From an uncultured Pseudomonadota bacterium (GTDB taxonomy: Bacteria; Myxococcota_A; Polyangia; Fen-1088), in NCBI GenBank assembly GCA_963847705.1, contig CAWKBC010000017.1, positions 96,001 to 160,000 of the forward strand: 64,000 nt of DNA, read 5' to 3'. The notes beneath the pieces were generated by a model. That model worked only from the letters and a program-made list of their open reading frames with translations, was not told the origin of the DNA and ran no database searches. This document shows positions 63,401-64,000 of this stretch, piece by piece. A program made the translations under genes and the position numbers. Numbering within the stretch: position 1 is the first letter of the stretch; the number at the start of each line of letters is the position of its first letter.

Positions 63401-64000
63401 GCGCGCCGAGGTGGCGCGGCTGGCGCAGGCAGCCTCGAAGCTCGAGCTGCGCAGCCGGGAGGCCGGGATGCGCCGGAGCGGAATCGAGGAGCAGGTGATC
63501 GACCGCTACCGCGACGTGGTGATCGCCTCGGTGGTCTACGACTATCACCTCCGGGCGCTGTTCGGCGAGGTCGAGGAGACGCGCGCGGAGGAGCTGCGCG
63601 GCCTCATCGAGCGCATGGGCGAGATCAACCTCACCGCCATCGAGGAGTCGGAGGAGCTGCAGAAGCGCTTCGACTTCCTGACCACGCAACGGAGCGATCT
63701 GGAGTCGGCCATCGGCCAGCTGGAGACGGCGATCGAGAAGATCAACCGCGCCTCGCGCAAGCGGTTCCGCGAGACCTTCGACGCGGTCAACGCCGAGTTC
63801 CGTGCGATCTTCCCGCGCCTCTTCGGTGGCGGTCACGCCCGGCTGGCGCTCACCGACGAGAGTGACATGCTGGAGACGGGGATCGAGATCGTCGCCAACC
63901 CGCCGGGGAAGAAGGTCAGCCAGAACATCGAGCTGCTCTCGGGCGGCGAGAAGGCGCTCACCGCGGTGTCGCTGCTGTTCGCCATCTTCCTGGTCAAGCC
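60498..64000 (+). CDS. smc: Chromosome segregation protein SMC, 3' truncated by window
   Basis: GGAGG RBS and GTG; GFKSF, GPNGCGKSN, IIEQG, hinge, LLSGGEKAL near the window end; no stop codon. Confidence 0.96.
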   Translation, partial: MKIKRIEICGFKSFVDKTSISFPDPITSIVGPNGCGKSNVVDAIRWVMGEQSAKHLRGRAMEDVIFAGSESRGPAGFAEVSLSFDARSLAADAVAGGVAWGAARPEEIVVTRRLYRDGQSDYLLNGVPSRLRDVVEFFLGTGVGSKAYAIIEQGRIGFIVSSRPEDRRGLIDEAAGITRYKSKKKAAERRMDSTRQHLLRVTDIVGEIEGRLRSLRLQAQKAERYKRYKGELRDLDLWSSSQRYLGHLADEKSAISELAEVRERHDLDAAALAVEEASVEAERLSGAEEANELATAKDELFALSNRAQLGMQRAAHHESEASELTSRAEAGRKEVEELRARAIARGADVEELTAQLSDIDGDAERREREYDLEARLQDVRRVALIEARGALDGAVGEMASASARLARLGAERTAAMARREDLAGRLAGLAGEEEAANERLSALTSDESEFQERVLALRARVEAARHRAADEEAQLAALRADLGRGELELETLREESHRRRSRLASLSEIQERYESFQKGVRAIMQEHQQGGGRAGVTGIEGIVADIMRPPPELETAVEAVLGERLGNVIVESHQAGVEAIQFLKQKSEGRSSFIPIALRAQRGEVLYDAMGGSGAMGGSGAIGGSGSSGGSDGGLTPLVDPAAVADVWPAAPGVRGKMLDLISYDHKYDAVATYLLGDVLVVEDLERALALWRETRTTKTIVTLEGEVIDPHGVVTGGSRESALAGVLEQKREIRELEAVMQRLDADVEAALGRHVAKKQATADLGRQRDEGAVALRSDEMALLGQEKDLERLVEERRRLEARRAALAAQTVDLTRAREESEARLEAATTALTDDGATLEDAERRAGELRLQTVALADEVDRGVAQLTTLKVAASQATERRKNARQTLERLLSDRAADEARAARLDSTIAEDLARGEALRAQVLELREEAELAQAEAEARARAHGERQSALEARQSALAAREAELRAARAEVARLAQAASKLELRSREAGMRRSGIEEQVIDRYRDVVIASVVYDYHLRALFGEVEETRAEELRGLIERMGEINLTAIEESEELQKRFDFLTTQRSDLESAIGQLETAIEKINRASRKRFRETFDAVNAEFRAIFPRLFGGGHARLALTDESDMLETGIEIVANPPGKKVSQNIELLSGGEKALTAVSLLFAIFLVK
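62322..62375 (+). repeat. In-frame 18-bp tandem repeat (AMGGSG x2, AIGGSG) in the SMC hinge
   Basis: GCCATGGGCGGGTCCGGC / GCCATGGGCGGTTCCGGC / GCCATCGGTGGTTCCGGA. Confidence 0.85.

Overview
High-GC (roughly 70%+ by eye) chromosomal segment, probably from a myxobacterium (Myxococcota), judged from MYXO-CTERM-type tails, GltJ/AgmX-like and GltA/B-like genes, a TIGR04563-like small protein and a kinase-sigma54 fusion. No rRNA, tRNA, CRISPR, IS or prophage was seen. Housekeeping genes include gpsA, rpmB, ppk1, ddl, lipB, ftsY and smc. A heme-copper (aa3-type) oxidase cluster is split into a biogenesis block (4.9-10.1 kb) and a structural block (22.5-27.8 kb). Between them lies a 12.4-kb metal-import island: TonB-dependent receptor, lipoproteins, ExbBD, TonB, ZnuABC-like ABC transporter and a His-tailed outer-membrane barrel. 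The most interesting signal is a pair of paralogous ~140-aa leader ORFs (10145-10570, 14262-14684) in that island. Each has a hydrophobic N-terminus, HFRCAEHGELTH and HEHC motifs and a fixed-distance C-terminal FVLASAPKTSPP motif, and each is followed by a 100-130 nt spacer that can base-pair with the Ser-Pro-Pro codons. I infer a metal-sensing ribosome-arrest/attenuation system analogous to DUF2946/CruR, but with a non-RAPP motif. Three genes carry +1 frameshifts that can each be repaired by deleting one T in the same CCGATTC context, probably a systematic sequencing error at a modified GATC. All family assignments come from motif recognition, not database searches.
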